A stretch of 64,000 nt of DNA, taken from the NCBI GenBank assembly GCA_041650615.1, contig JBAZKU010000001.1, positions 249,216 through 313,215 of the forward strand, in the 5' to 3' direction. The stretch comes from Minisyncoccota bacterium (GTDB lineage: Bacteria > Patescibacteriota > Minisyncoccia > Phycocordibacterales > UBA9973). Shown piece by piece: positions 46,472-56,330 of the stretch (the stretch's first letter is position 1; the number at the start of each line of letters is the position of its first letter). The notes beneath the pieces are model-generated. The model did not search any database and was not told where the DNA came from. It saw only the letters and a program-made list of their open reading frames with translations. The position numbers and the translations under genes are program-made.

Positions 46472-47442
46472 TCAAGCCCTGTTTTTAGATTAGCTAAATT
46501 TTCTTTCATAATTGAAAGGAAAGAAATATTCTTTTCGTAATCTTCTTTTGTCAAATTATGGGCTGCGTTTAGTAGAAGCATTTTGGCCTCTGTTTCATTT
46601 GCTAATGTTTCAGCGATCTTTGGAGTTGTTAATTCCTCATAGAACACATATTTAATGTTACTCTTTTTTATTTGATCCACCAAATCAATGAGGTCTTTGG
46701 CCGTTGGTTCGGCATCGGGCGAAAATCCTTGGGCAGATACATATTCCAAACCATATCTTTTTGCCAAATAGCCAAAAGCGTAATGACCGCCGTAAATAAT
46801 TGTTTTCGATTTACAGACAGATAGAGTATTTTTATACGTATCGTCTAATTCAGTGAGCTTAATCTGGTATGATTCCAAATTATTTTGATAATACTCGGCA
46901 TTTTGGGGGTCAATTTCGACAAGCGCTTTAGTGATGTTTTCAGCCATTATTTTGGCATTATTAAAATCAAGCCAAATATGCGGATCAACTCCGCCGTGGT
47001 GGTGTGCTTCTTCTGATTCATGATGGTCAGCCTCTTCGTGCTCATGTTCTTCCTCATGTTTATAATCTCCTTCCTCCATCATTTCAATACCGGTACTGGC
47101 GTCAACAACTTTTACTTTTTTGTCAACACTTTCAATAATATCATGCGCCCACGGCTCCATAAATTCGCCAGTATATATAAAAATTTGGGTGCTGTTGATT
47201 TTGACTATATCACTTGGTTTGGGCTCATAGGCGTGCGCCTCGACTCCGGGCGGAAGAAGAAGAGTGACATTAACATTGTCTCCTCCAATTTCTTTAGCAA
47301 AGTCATACAAAGGATAAAGTGTTGAAACAATAGATATTTTATTTTCTTTTATCTGACCATCTTTTTTAAAACTTAAACCAAAAAAAACAGCACCTATAAC
47401 TACAACTAAAATAATAACTGGAATAATAATATTTTTTTTCAT
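46459..47442 (-). CDS. znuA: metal ABC transporter substrate-binding protein with His/acidic-rich loop (ZnuA/TroA family)
   Basis: Signal anchor; HEEEHEHEEADHHESEEAHHHGG loop is typical of ZnuA. Confidence 0.75.
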   Translation of the reverse strand: MKKNIIIPVIILVVVIGAVFFGLSFKKDGQIKENKISIVSTLYPLYDFAKEIGGDNVNVTLLLPPGVEAHAYEPKPSDIVKINSTQIFIYTGEFMEPWAHDIIESVDKKVKVVDASTGIEMMEEGDYKHEEEHEHEEADHHESEEAHHHGGVDPHIWLDFNNAKIMAENITKALVEIDPQNAEYYQNNLESYQIKLTELDDTYKNTLSVCKSKTIIYGGHYAFGYLAKRYGLEYVSAQGFSPDAEPTAKDLIDLVDQIKKSNIKYVFYEELTTPKIAETLANETEAKMLLLNAAHNLTKEDYEKNISFLSIMKENLANLKTGLECNE

Positions 47443-47566
47443 ATTTCTTATTTATTAATTTACTTGATAATTGACCTTTATAGTTGTTAATGATTTGCAT
47501 TTACGATTATATATCATGCAAGTTATAATTGCAAATAGTTAACATTTAGTATAATATATAGATATT

Positions 47567-47998
47567 GTGATAAAGGATTTTAATAATATTCTCAAAGAAA
47601 AAGGTTTTAAGGTAACTCGAACTCGCCTGGATATTCTTGGTATTTTTTCAAATGATTGCAAGCCGATAAACGCTGAATATATTTATAAGATACTTAAGAA
47701 TAAAAAGATAAATTTAGTCACTGTTTACAGGACCCTTCTCTCTTTTGAAAAAGCAGGCATTCTTAAAAGGGTTGATTTGCATCAGGAATCAGTTTTTTAT
47801 GAACTTATAGGAGATCATCACCACCATCATATTATTTGCCTGCAATGTAAAAAAGTTTCTAATTTTAATGGGTATAAAGCAGATTCGGATTCTCTTATAT
47901 CAAAAGCCTTAAAACAAAATAAAGATTTTGATTTTATCTCTCACCACTCTTTTGATTTATTTGGTTTGTGTAAAAAATGTTCATCTATGATGAAATAA
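47567..47998 (+). CDS. zur: Fur-family metalloregulator (likely Zur)
   Basis: DNA-binding helix VTRTRLDIL...VYRTL, metal sites HHHHHIICLQCKK...C; divergent from the znu operon. Confidence 0.7.
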   Translation: MIKDFNNILKEKGFKVTRTRLDILGIFSNDCKPINAEYIYKILKNKKINLVTVYRTLLSFEKAGILKRVDLHQESVFYELIGDHHHHHIICLQCKKVSNFNGYKADSDSLISKALKQNKDFDFISHHSFDLFGLCKKCSSMMK

Positions 47999-48026
47999 AA
48001 AAGTAATTCAGGAAAATATATAAATT

Positions 48027-48992
48027 ATGAGCATATTTTATCCAATACAATTACTGTCAGATTGGCTTACATATTCTATTTTTGCCGTTGCACCTAAAAC
48101 TCTCTTGGCAGAAACGGTTGGTTTTTTTATTTATGACACCATAAAAATATTTATTCTTTTAGCTATTATTATCTTCGCGGTATCAATAGTCCGTTCATAT
48201 TTGCCACCGGAGAAAATAAGAGCAATACTCTCACATAAAAATAAATATGTTGGCAATGTTTTAGCTTCACTTCTTGGAATAATTACTCCCTTCTGTTCGT
48301 GTTCTGCTATCCCATTATTTTTAGGTTTTATTCAAACTGGCGTTCCATTAGGAACTACTTTTTCTTTTCTTATAGCTTCGCCGATGATAAATGAAGTGGC
48401 GCTTGTTTTACTCTTAGGAATGTTCGGTTGGAAAATTGCCCTAATCTACATAATAAGCGGACTGATTATTTCTATATTATCGGGAATAATCATCAGTAAA
48501 ATGAAAGTGGAAAAATTAGTTGAGTCATTTGTTTATCAAAATATTATAAATGGAAATATTGATTTGCCGACAATGACTAAAAAAGAAAGAATTGTTTATG
48601 CAAAAGATTACACTCTAGATATTTTCAGGAAAGTTTGGATTTATGTCTTGATTGGTGTTGGAATCGGAGCCTGGATACACGGATATATCCCTACTGATTT
48701 TCTAGCGCAATATGCGGGGAGCGATAAATGGTATGCTGTGCCTTTAGCTGTGCTTATTGGCATTCCTCTTTACTCTAATGCTGCTGGGATTATTCCTCTT
48801 GTTTCCGCCTTAACTGAAAAAGGAGTAGCAATGGGTACTACATTAGCATTTATGATGGCAGTCACTGCCTTATCTCTGCCAGAGTTTATGATTTTAAAAA
48901 GGGTAATGAAAATCAGATTAATTTTGATTTTCGCTGGAATTGTAACTTTAGGTATTGTTTTTACGGGATATTTATTTAATGCAGTAATATAA
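48027..48992 (+). CDS. DUF318/ArsP-like permease
   Basis: TPFCSCSAIPLF motif, 8 TM. Confidence 0.55.
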   Translation: MSIFYPIQLLSDWLTYSIFAVAPKTLLAETVGFFIYDTIKIFILLAIIIFAVSIVRSYLPPEKIRAILSHKNKYVGNVLASLLGIITPFCSCSAIPLFLGFIQTGVPLGTTFSFLIASPMINEVALVLLLGMFGWKIALIYIISGLIISILSGIIISKMKVEKLVESFVYQNIINGNIDLPTMTKKERIVYAKDYTLDIFRKVWIYVLIGVGIGAWIHGYIPTDFLAQYAGSDKWYAVPLAVLIGIPLYSNAAGIIPLVSALTEKGVAMGTTLAFMMAVTALSLPEFMILKRVMKIRLILIFAGIVTLGIVFTGYLFNAVI

Positions 48993-49084
48993 AAATTTTT
49001 TGAGTTAAAAATAAAAAATCACCTGAACGGGCGATTTTTTATTGATGCATTTTATTTAAAGCCGAATTGTTGATTAGCTGTTAA

Positions 49085-49483
49085 TTATTTCATCAACTTT
49101 TGCAACTCTTCTGCATACTTTTGAGCGATTGCTTGAGCGCGTGTAGGATCTTTACTTAATGCTTCACCATAAGCGGTTATGTTCTCTTCAGTTATGCCAT
49201 ATTTCTCGTACAAATTCTGCATAGTTGATGCGTAAGAAGCCGGATCCTTTTGTGCTTGATAAGCGGCCTGAGCGATCAATTCTACATAAATGTCGTCAGT
49301 CATTTTACCAATATCTCCACTCCCTGTTTGTTCACTAGTTTGTCCCTCAGCTCCAGGCTGTGACGTTTCTCCGGTCAATGGAGTAGAGACAGGAGCTGTT
49401 CCAACCCCTTTCCATAAATACCAGCCAGCAATCAAAACAATAATGATTACTATAACTGTGATTAAAGATTTTTTTGAGCTCAT
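49085..49483 (-). CDS. hypothetical secreted / TM-anchored small protein
   Basis: N-terminal TM; Q/A/E-rich. Confidence 0.3.
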   Translation of the reverse strand: MSSKKSLITVIVIIIVLIAGWYLWKGVGTAPVSTPLTGETSQPGAEGQTSEQTGSGDIGKMTDDIYVELIAQAAYQAQKDPASYASTMQNLYEKYGITEENITAYGEALSKDPTRAQAIAQKYAEELQKLMK

Positions 49484-49684
49484 AATTTAAATTATTGATT
49501 ATTTTAGTTAATAAATTATTTCGACCTTTTTATATTATAACACAAAATTTCATCAGTATGAGCTATCCCCTACTTCAAAAAGTGCAAAAGATGCACTATC
49601 CCCTAAAGAAGAGGAGGTATTTTACTTTTTTTCCTGAAACATGGTAAAATTAGAGAATTATAAGCTCAATTTAAACTAATAAAT

Positions 49685-50824
49685 ATGAATAAAAAAATAT
49701 TTTTGGGTGTTTTGGCGACAATTTTAATAATCGCACCGTTTTCTTCTTTCGGTGCCACATTTAAAGCGGAAGAGAGTCTTTTTCTAGACCCAACAACAAA
49801 GATAAATGGCAACCTTTATGCTGCTAGTTCTAATGTAAATATTTCCGGTCCAGTTGGTGGCGACTTATTTGCTGCTGGGGGGACGGTAATGATCTCTGGC
49901 CCAGTTAGCGGAGACTTGCTCTCTGCAGGAGGAACACTTATTCTAAATGGAAAAATCTTAGGTGATATGAGAGTTCTGGGTGGCAATGTTACTATTTCAA
50001 ATTCCGTAGATGGAGAATTGATTGCCTTAGGTGGACAATTGAGCGTATTTAATGGCGTTTTGATAGCTAAGGATGCAGAACTTCTCGGGGGTAATATAAA
50101 TTATAGCGGTGAAACTGGAGGAAACTTGGATGTAAAGGGGGAAACAGTTTATATAAACGGTGTAATAAAAGACAACCTTACAATCAAAGCGCGTGAAATA
50201 AAACTTGGTCCAAATGCATCAATCGGCAAAAATTTTGAATATTATTCTCCTAAAGAGGCAGTAGTGGAAACCGGCGCGACAGTAAAAGGAGAAACAAGCT
50301 TCCATCAAGTTGACATGCCAAGCAAAAACAAAAATGCTGAGAGGGTATTTCTCGGATTTATAACTACGGTTCTTCTCTTAAAATTATTGACGATTATCGC
50401 TATAACCTTGCTCGCATTTTATCTATGCAAAAAGCAAGCGAGTTCAATTGTTGGAGAAGTAATGACTAATTTCTGGAGAGAAACAGGCAGGGGCTTTATT
50501 TTGCTCGTAGTTGTACCAATAGCATCTATTTTGAGCTTTATAACAATACTTGGTGCACCACTTGGATTTATAGCGATGCTTTTGTATGTGGCACTTATTA
50601 TTGCTTCAATATTTATTACGGTGCTTGTCTTCGCTAAACTTGTTGTAAAATATATCTTTAGACGAGCAAGTTATGAGCTTAATTGGTGGGTAATTGTCCT
50701 GTCTGCTTTAGTACTCGCAGTTATTTCCATTATTCCAGTAATTGGCTTTATTTTTACTTTTATTCTCTTCTTATCAGCCTTCGGCAGTTTGACAAATTAT
50801 GTCTATAAAAAATTGAAGGAATAA
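49685..50824 (+). CDS. membrane protein with bactofilin/DUF583-like β-helical G-D-L repeats
   Basis: Repeats GPVGGDLFAAGGTVMISGPVSGDLLSAGGTLILNG...; signal peptide; three C-terminal TM helices. Confidence 0.35.
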   Translation: MNKKIFLGVLATILIIAPFSSFGATFKAEESLFLDPTTKINGNLYAASSNVNISGPVGGDLFAAGGTVMISGPVSGDLLSAGGTLILNGKILGDMRVLGGNVTISNSVDGELIALGGQLSVFNGVLIAKDAELLGGNINYSGETGGNLDVKGETVYINGVIKDNLTIKAREIKLGPNASIGKNFEYYSPKEAVVETGATVKGETSFHQVDMPSKNKNAERVFLGFITTVLLLKLLTIIAITLLAFYLCKKQASSIVGEVMTNFWRETGRGFILLVVVPIASILSFITILGAPLGFIAMLLYVALIIASIFITVLVFAKLVVKYIFRRASYELNWWVIVLSALVLAVISIIPVIGFIFTFILFLSAFGSLTNYVYKKLKE

Positions 50825-50868
50825 GAAAATTTCTGTAAGAAATAAAAAACTATATTGGAAAAATAAAA

Positions 50869-50945
50869 TGGTGGACCCTACAGGACTCGAACCTGCCACC
50901 TCCTCATTGCAAATGAGGCGCTCTAGCCAGATGAGCTAAGGGCCC
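50869..50945 (-). tRNA. tRNA-Ala (TGC), CCA encoded
   Basis: Manual fold: GGGCCCT acceptor with G3:U70, anticodon loop TTTGCAA, T loop TTCGAGT. Confidence 0.8.
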
Positions 50946-51043
50946 AATATTTATACAGACCTTATTCTATCTTATTTTTCTAATAATGCAAATTTAGCCA
51001 ATAATATTTGTATTTTTTTATGTTTCAGTTATTATTTTTATAA

Positions 51044-51114
51044 GGGCCTGTAGTATAGTAGTAACACGCGTCCATGGCATGGACGAATCGGGGGTGCGAT
51101 TCCCCCCAGGTCCA
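51044..51114 (+). tRNA. tRNA-Ala (GGC), atypical D and T loops
   Basis: GGGCCTG acceptor with G3:U70, anticodon loop ATGGCAT; D loop AGTAGTA lacks the G18G19 pair, T loop TGCGATT has G at position 55, and the D stem has one mismatch. Confidence 0.55.
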
Positions 51115-51198
51115 CATTAAAGGGCCTATATCAAAATCCGATATAGACCCTGCGTTCGGACGAAATGAAATTTTCATATTTCATTTCGCTCCTCACTT

Positions 51199-51269
51199 GG
51201 GCCTATAGTAAAGTGGTATTACGCGGCATTCGCATTGCCGAGGCGCGAGTTCGATTCTCGCTAGGTCCA
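51199..51269 (+). tRNA. tRNA-Ala (CGC)
   Basis: GGGCCTA acceptor with G3:U70, D arm GTAA-AGTGGTA-TTAC, anticodon loop TTCGCAT, T loop TTCGATT. Confidence 0.75.
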
Positions 51270-51312
51270 CATTAGACGATTTCTAACTTTATCTAAAATT
51301 GACCACCAAAAC

Positions 51313-51338
51313 AAAAACCCGCCTTACGGCGGGTTTTT
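51313..51338. terminator. Rho-independent terminator aaaaacccgcc-ttac-ggcgggttttt after the tRNA-Ala pair
   Basis: Perfect 7-bp GC stem flanked by an A-run and a T-run. Confidence 0.65.
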
Positions 51339-51538
51339 GGGCACTTATGTTGTTTACGATAAATGTGAATCTTACCTCACACTCACAAAACGAGTATAGC
51401 ATACCTCAAATAAAAAAGCAAGCCCCCACGCCCTTTTTTATGACGTGCCTTTGGCACATTGTATTCAATATCATAAAAATAGGTGTGGGGGCTTGCTTGT
51501 TATATTTACTTTTCTGGCCATTTGTTCTATACTCCAGG

Positions 51539-51844
51539 TTGGTCCTGTATTGGATAGTTGCGTCTCGCCTTGGCGGGATGAGGAAAGTCCGAACACATAG
51601 TTTCGACTCAGGTCGAGACAAACGTAGCGGGTAACACCCGTCAGGAGCAATCCTAGGGTTGAGAACAGTGACGAACCGATTAAGTTCGGGTGAAACGGCA
51701 AAATACCTACGCGTGTGCAAGATCGTGCTCCGACCTCGGTTGGAGAGAATCGCTTGAGCCTGAAAGTGATTGAAGGCCTAGATAAATAACTATCAATCTG
51801 ACTTCGGTCAGATTACAGAATTCGGCTTATAGATACAAGACCAA
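51539..51844 (+). ncRNA. rnpB: RNase P RNA (bacterial type, reduced)
   Basis: P1 pairing TTGGTCCTGTAT / ATACAAGACCAA; conserved regions GAGGAAAGTCCGAACAC, GGGTGAAACGG, ACAGAATTCGGCTTATAG. Confidence 0.7.
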
Positions 51845-51852
51845 GAATATGA

Positions 51853-51886
51853 AAAATCCTCTCGCAAGAGAGGATTTTTCTTTTTT
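51853..51886. terminator. bidirectional terminator aaaaatcctctc-gcaa-gagaggattttt + T-run between rnpB and the convergent reductase gene
   Basis: 10-bp perfect stem; T6 downstream and A5 upstream. Confidence 0.7.
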
Positions 51887-51890
51887 AAAT

Positions 51891-54263
51891 CTATTGTATA
51901 TCAGAAGGTTCTTCGGTTTTTTCTTTTTTAGCTTCTTCTGCCAAAATATCATCAATGGAACAAACTCCGGAAACACAAGCATATTCTTTTGCTCCAACAG
52001 TGTTATCCTCCTGTTCGTAATAAACGAGTTTGGAAAAATCAATATGTTTTATTTCATTAATTCTTTTTTCATACTCTTCTTTTGAAATTTCTTCATAAGG
52101 GGCAAGTTGATAAACATGTTCGGAGCGAGGCAAGAAAGAAAGTCCGCCGATAATATCCCAATTTTCATAAATAAAGTTTGCAACTTCAATCCATTCATCA
52201 TTGCCCACATAAATAGTTACAGAAGGATTGTGTTCAATATAATTAATTTTTAATTTCTTCCACTCATTCAGTAAATCAATAGCAGAAACTTGATCGCGAG
52301 TCACAGCTCCTTCAGGCGCTTTTATCGGAAACTCAACTACCGCGACAGTAGAATTGGCGGTAGAATATCCGACTTCCGCTTTAAAAGGAACTCCTTGATC
52401 TTTAATCAATTGATAGAGCGGATCATTTGTGGAAATACGAACCCGGCGAATATAATATTTGGCATACCAAGGATGCATACCTGAACCAACATAAAGAAGC
52501 TGACCGGAGTTGCCATGAGGTTTAATCGTAGTGATGCAAGAGGAATGATTAATACCAAACTTTTTGGCATATTCCTTATTTACTTTAATAGATTCTTCGC
52601 GGAGCTCGGACAAAACTTCATCTTTCCTGATTACTTTATTGTCATAATATCCGGTAATAGAAACGCCGAGCAATGCTTCATCCTCGCAATTTTCTTGCCA
52701 CTCTTTTGATAAATAACCGAAATGAGTCAGAGTTGCTTGATAAGTTCCCAATATTGTGGAAAGTCTGACTTTTCTTTTTAAATCTTCTACTGTGTCTTTC
52801 GGGCGAACCACTATGGAAGTAAGATTGCAAAATTGTTTGGAACGAAGAGTAATTTCTCCGCAAGGGTTTGAGCCCGGCAATCCGACAATGACATTTTGGT
52901 CATCTATAATTCCGGCTTTTTTCCAATTATCAATTCGGCGTTTTGGCAACTGAGTCATCAATCCACCCCTATTAAATATGCCTCTTTCCCCTGTCCCTGA
53001 TTTTATTAATTCTATCCATTCGTTTAAAAATTCCGACGCGGATGGCTTCTGGCTGTATACAGCAGAGTTATTGGCCATTGAACGCTGTCCGTTATCAATC
53101 CAAAACTGTCCTTGTTTTGATTTGCGCATAGATTCATCATCAATATCAGATAGAGAGATAAGGGCGCTGCGACGAACACCTCCGGCCACAACAATAAGGC
53201 CAATTTGGCAAATTATATCGTGAAGGTCTAAATTGGTAAGACGCTTCGCTTGCCTTGCCAATATTTTTTTCTTAGCAAAATTAATCAAATCAATAAGAGG
53301 TTGGGGTCCGGAAGCGCGACCACCGGCAGTTTTTAAGCGAGCTCCTGATGGACGTATTTTGCTGTAATCAAAATCTATATCATAACCATCAGTCCAAGTT
53401 TTACAGGCCAGGACAAATGCATCTGCCCATCCTTCTTTGCTATCTTCTACAACATGAGTGGCAAGTTTTTTCCCTGTTTGTCTTCTGATTTGCGGAAATT
53501 TTTGTACAGTTTCCGATTCAACAGAAAAACCTAAACCTGCTCCAGACATTAATATGAACATTATCTCGCCCAAATCTTGCCAACATGAAGGCGCGACATA
53601 AGAACAATTGTAAGCCCACACATTTGATTTTTTACACGCTTCTCCGGCAGACCAAAGCAATCTCATCGATGGACAAACTTCTTGTTTCAAAATTGCTTCT
53701 CTTACTTCAGAATAATCTTTTGAAGACAATTTACTGCCAAGATTTTCTTTCATATAAGCCATGAAGCGATCAATCGTTTCTACCCATGTCTCGCGTCGGC
53801 CTAAATTATCCTGCCATTTTGAATATGTTCGATAAAAAATAAATTCTTCATAAGAACTTATAAAATAGGAACTGGATTCGTCAAAAATTTTCGAGACTTC
53901 AGCAGGTATCGTGCCTACTTCGCGCCTAAGCTCCGCTCTTTTTGACCTATATAAAATATAGGATTTCGCCGTTTGGTGATATCCCTCATCCATCAGCTCG
54001 GCTTCTACTAGGTCTTGGATCATTTCTACAGTCGGAATAAATTTTTTTTCATTGCTTTTTGCCTTAATTTGAAGCAATCGATTAAAAACTTTCTTGGCTA
54101 TATCCTTGGCTTCTTTTTCTCCTCCTTCATTTGTCGCTCCGAAGGCTTTAATAACAGCGTAAACAATTTTATTTAAATTAAATTTAATAATTTCCCCTTC
54201 GCGGTTTCTGATACTCTTTATTTTGCTAACTTCTTTCTTGTTTAAAATATCATCCTCTTTCAT
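51891..54263 (-). CDS. nrdJ: ribonucleoside reductase, probably class II (adenosylcobalamin-dependent) with N-terminal ATP-cone
   Basis: ATP-cone-like N-terminus; active-site SNPCGEI; C-terminal Cys pair; no nrdB-like gene nearby. Confidence 0.65.
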   Translation of the reverse strand: MKEDDILNKKEVSKIKSIRNREGEIIKFNLNKIVYAVIKAFGATNEGGEKEAKDIAKKVFNRLLQIKAKSNEKKFIPTVEMIQDLVEAELMDEGYHQTAKSYILYRSKRAELRREVGTIPAEVSKIFDESSSYFISSYEEFIFYRTYSKWQDNLGRRETWVETIDRFMAYMKENLGSKLSSKDYSEVREAILKQEVCPSMRLLWSAGEACKKSNVWAYNCSYVAPSCWQDLGEIMFILMSGAGLGFSVESETVQKFPQIRRQTGKKLATHVVEDSKEGWADAFVLACKTWTDGYDIDFDYSKIRPSGARLKTAGGRASGPQPLIDLINFAKKKILARQAKRLTNLDLHDIICQIGLIVVAGGVRRSALISLSDIDDESMRKSKQGQFWIDNGQRSMANNSAVYSQKPSASEFLNEWIELIKSGTGERGIFNRGGLMTQLPKRRIDNWKKAGIIDDQNVIVGLPGSNPCGEITLRSKQFCNLTSIVVRPKDTVEDLKRKVRLSTILGTYQATLTHFGYLSKEWQENCEDEALLGVSITGYYDNKVIRKDEVLSELREESIKVNKEYAKKFGINHSSCITTIKPHGNSGQLLYVGSGMHPWYAKYYIRRVRISTNDPLYQLIKDQGVPFKAEVGYSTANSTVAVVEFPIKAPEGAVTRDQVSAIDLLNEWKKLKINYIEHNPSVTIYVGNDEWIEVANFIYENWDIIGGLSFLPRSEHVYQLAPYEEISKEEYEKRINEIKHIDFSKLVYYEQEDNTVGAKEYACVSGVCSIDDILAEEAKKEKTEEPSDIQ

Positions 54264-54383
54264 AAGAAAGATTATACTTCTAAAAAATAATTTTCGCGAG
54301 TGAAAATCAAGAAAAAAACAATAAAGGAAACAATTTAAAATAGCTGTAAATAGCTACCTCTTTAAAAGCTGAAATAGCAAGCC

Positions 54384-54869
54384 CTAGGAAGACAAAAATT
54401 CCACCTTGTCCCCCTCTTTCAAATTATTCTTTTCCGAAAATTGAGATAAAACCTCTAAAACATATTTCGCATCCCGGTCAGGGGCAAAAGCTTCCGGATA
54501 TGACTCCGGTCTTGCATCTTTTTTTATATAAACCACCCGTAAGTCCTCTCCAATCCAAATAATATCTATGGAAAAATTCATATCTTTCATCCAAAAAGAA
54601 TATTTGCCTGTATAGTTAAAAACGAAAAGCATTCCTTCGTCTTCTTTCAAAGTGTTCCTGCCAGAAAGTCCTTTTGCTTGTATTTCGGAAGTCAAAGCTA
54701 AATCAATTTTCAAGGTTTTGCCGGCAATTTTTATGTAATTGATTTCACTAATTTGCCTCGCTTGTTGAACTGGTTGTACGGAATTTTTTTTATTGCTTCT
54801 GCTAATTCCCAAAATAATTAAAAATATAATTATCAAGAGTAGAAAATATTTTTTTTTGGAATTTTGCAT
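54384..54869 (-). CDS. DUF192 (COG1430) secreted protein
   Basis: LALTSEIQAKGLSGRNTLKEDEGMLFVF...MKDMNFSIDIIW. Start placed at the internal Met (cat at 54867..54869) that precedes a signal anchor, which avoids overlap with the upstream gene. Confidence 0.55.
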   Translation of the reverse strand: MQNSKKKYFLLLIIIFLIILGISRSNKKNSVQPVQQARQISEINYIKIAGKTLKIDLALTSEIQAKGLSGRNTLKEDEGMLFVFNYTGKYSFWMKDMNFSIDIIWIGEDLRVVYIKKDARPESYPEAFAPDRDAKYVLEVLSQFSEKNNLKEGDKVEFLSS

Positions 54870-54897
54870 AAAATAAAATATTATTTCCAGAAAAAAA

Positions 54898-56292
54898 TTA
54901 TTTATGATCTCCGTTGGTCCAACCAAAAAGTTTTCCGATATTTTCTGCAGTCTCACGTTTGCGAGCAATTTTTATTTCTCCGTCTTGCGCAATAATTTTT
55001 GCCGGAAGAGAAAGTAAGCAATGATGGGAAGCCAAACCATCTTGACACCATCCAGTATCAAAAATTGTGATGTATTGATCTTCCCCATTTATTTTTGGTA
55101 GAAGAATATAATCTCCTCCTGCGGTATATTTATCATCGGAATCACAAGTACTTCCCGCCAACCAAACTCTTTTCAACGGACTCACCATATTATTTACCGG
55201 AACAACATGCCATTTTTGATGTACTGCCCAAGTATCTTTGAGATCATTCATAAAACTGCCGTCAATAACATACCAAGCTCTGGCATTCGCTTTTTCAATA
55301 TATTTTTTAGAAATAATTTTATAGATTGTTATTTGCGCCGGAGCGACTATATACTGACCCCACTCAATGGCAAGATTGGGGTGCTTGATTCCCGCTTTAT
55401 CCGATAAATTTTTCAGAATCTTAATTATTTTACTGGAAACGGCTTTGGCTGTATAAAATTTCTTTTTTTCATAAGGAATACCAAATCCACCGCCAATATC
55501 CAAGGTATCCAAATTTGGGTGTATTTTTTGTAATGCAACATAAATACTGAAGGCGTATTTTATTCCTTCCAAGATGCTTTTTCGCGTTTTTATCTGCGAA
55601 CCTAGATGATAATGCATTATTTTTAAATTTTTCATTTTAGTTAAAGAAAATAACTCTTTTTCCGAAAGACCAAAACGGTCAAATTTTTTGTCCCAATGAG
55701 TATCGGCTTTAATAGCTAAATCTACTCGTACCCCTATATCACCCTTGTATTTTAAGAGTCTTTCTATTTCCTCCGGCCCTTCTATTATCGGAACTATATT
55801 CATTCCCTTGGTTCGTAATTCTTCTATTAAATCCAAGTACTGTTCGGTTTTTGGACCGTTACAAAGAATACATATTTTATTATTAAATTTTTCCCCTTCC
55901 CAGAGTTTTTTTACAATCCAAAGTTCATTGGAAGACGTTACTTCCAAATTAGCTCCCTCGGAAAGAAGCGGTAAAATAAAATCTTTATTTTGGTTTACCT
56001 TCATTGGATAGTGATAAAAGAATTTACCTTTATAGCCGTAAATCTTCATATACGCCTGAAAGTAGCCAATGAGGTCTTTCAATCTATCTTCAAGCATGAA
56101 AGGAAAAACTACTTGAAGAGGCGTTCCATATTTTTGAGCAAGATTATGAATATTATAAATATGGTTACCTTCTGTAACCGTCAGATTGCCATCTTTACTC
56201 ATGCCAAAAAATTGAGTATTCCATTCTTCCACTCCGAGCTTCCAAAATTTTTTCCAATTTTTCTCCTGCTTTTTATTTTTTTTCTTGGCCAT
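54898..56292 (-). CDS. PLP-dependent Orn/DAP/Arg decarboxylase-family enzyme (arginine decarboxylase-like)
   Basis: YHYPMKVNQNK (PLP Lys), HYHLGSQ, DIGGGFG, WLAGSTCDSDD. Confidence 0.6.
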   Translation of the reverse strand: MAKKKNKKQEKNWKKFWKLGVEEWNTQFFGMSKDGNLTVTEGNHIYNIHNLAQKYGTPLQVVFPFMLEDRLKDLIGYFQAYMKIYGYKGKFFYHYPMKVNQNKDFILPLLSEGANLEVTSSNELWIVKKLWEGEKFNNKICILCNGPKTEQYLDLIEELRTKGMNIVPIIEGPEEIERLLKYKGDIGVRVDLAIKADTHWDKKFDRFGLSEKELFSLTKMKNLKIMHYHLGSQIKTRKSILEGIKYAFSIYVALQKIHPNLDTLDIGGGFGIPYEKKKFYTAKAVSSKIIKILKNLSDKAGIKHPNLAIEWGQYIVAPAQITIYKIISKKYIEKANARAWYVIDGSFMNDLKDTWAVHQKWHVVPVNNMVSPLKRVWLAGSTCDSDDKYTAGGDYILLPKINGEDQYITIFDTGWCQDGLASHHCLLSLPAKIIAQDGEIKIARKRETAENIGKLFGWTNGDHK

Positions 56293-56330
56293 TAAATTAA
56301 AAGTTAGTCAAAAAATAGTATATCAAGTAC

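Noticed and set aside
51299-51720. ORFs 51299..51634 (+) and 51406..51720 (-)
   Set aside because: They overlap the RNase P RNA and the upstream structured repeat, have no coding features, and are explained by the ncRNA.
54870-54968. Upstream extension of the DUF192 ORF overlapping the decarboxylase gene by 70 bp
   Set aside because: An internal Met at 54867..54869 immediately precedes a signal-anchor sequence and removes the overlap. The longer start is unlikely.
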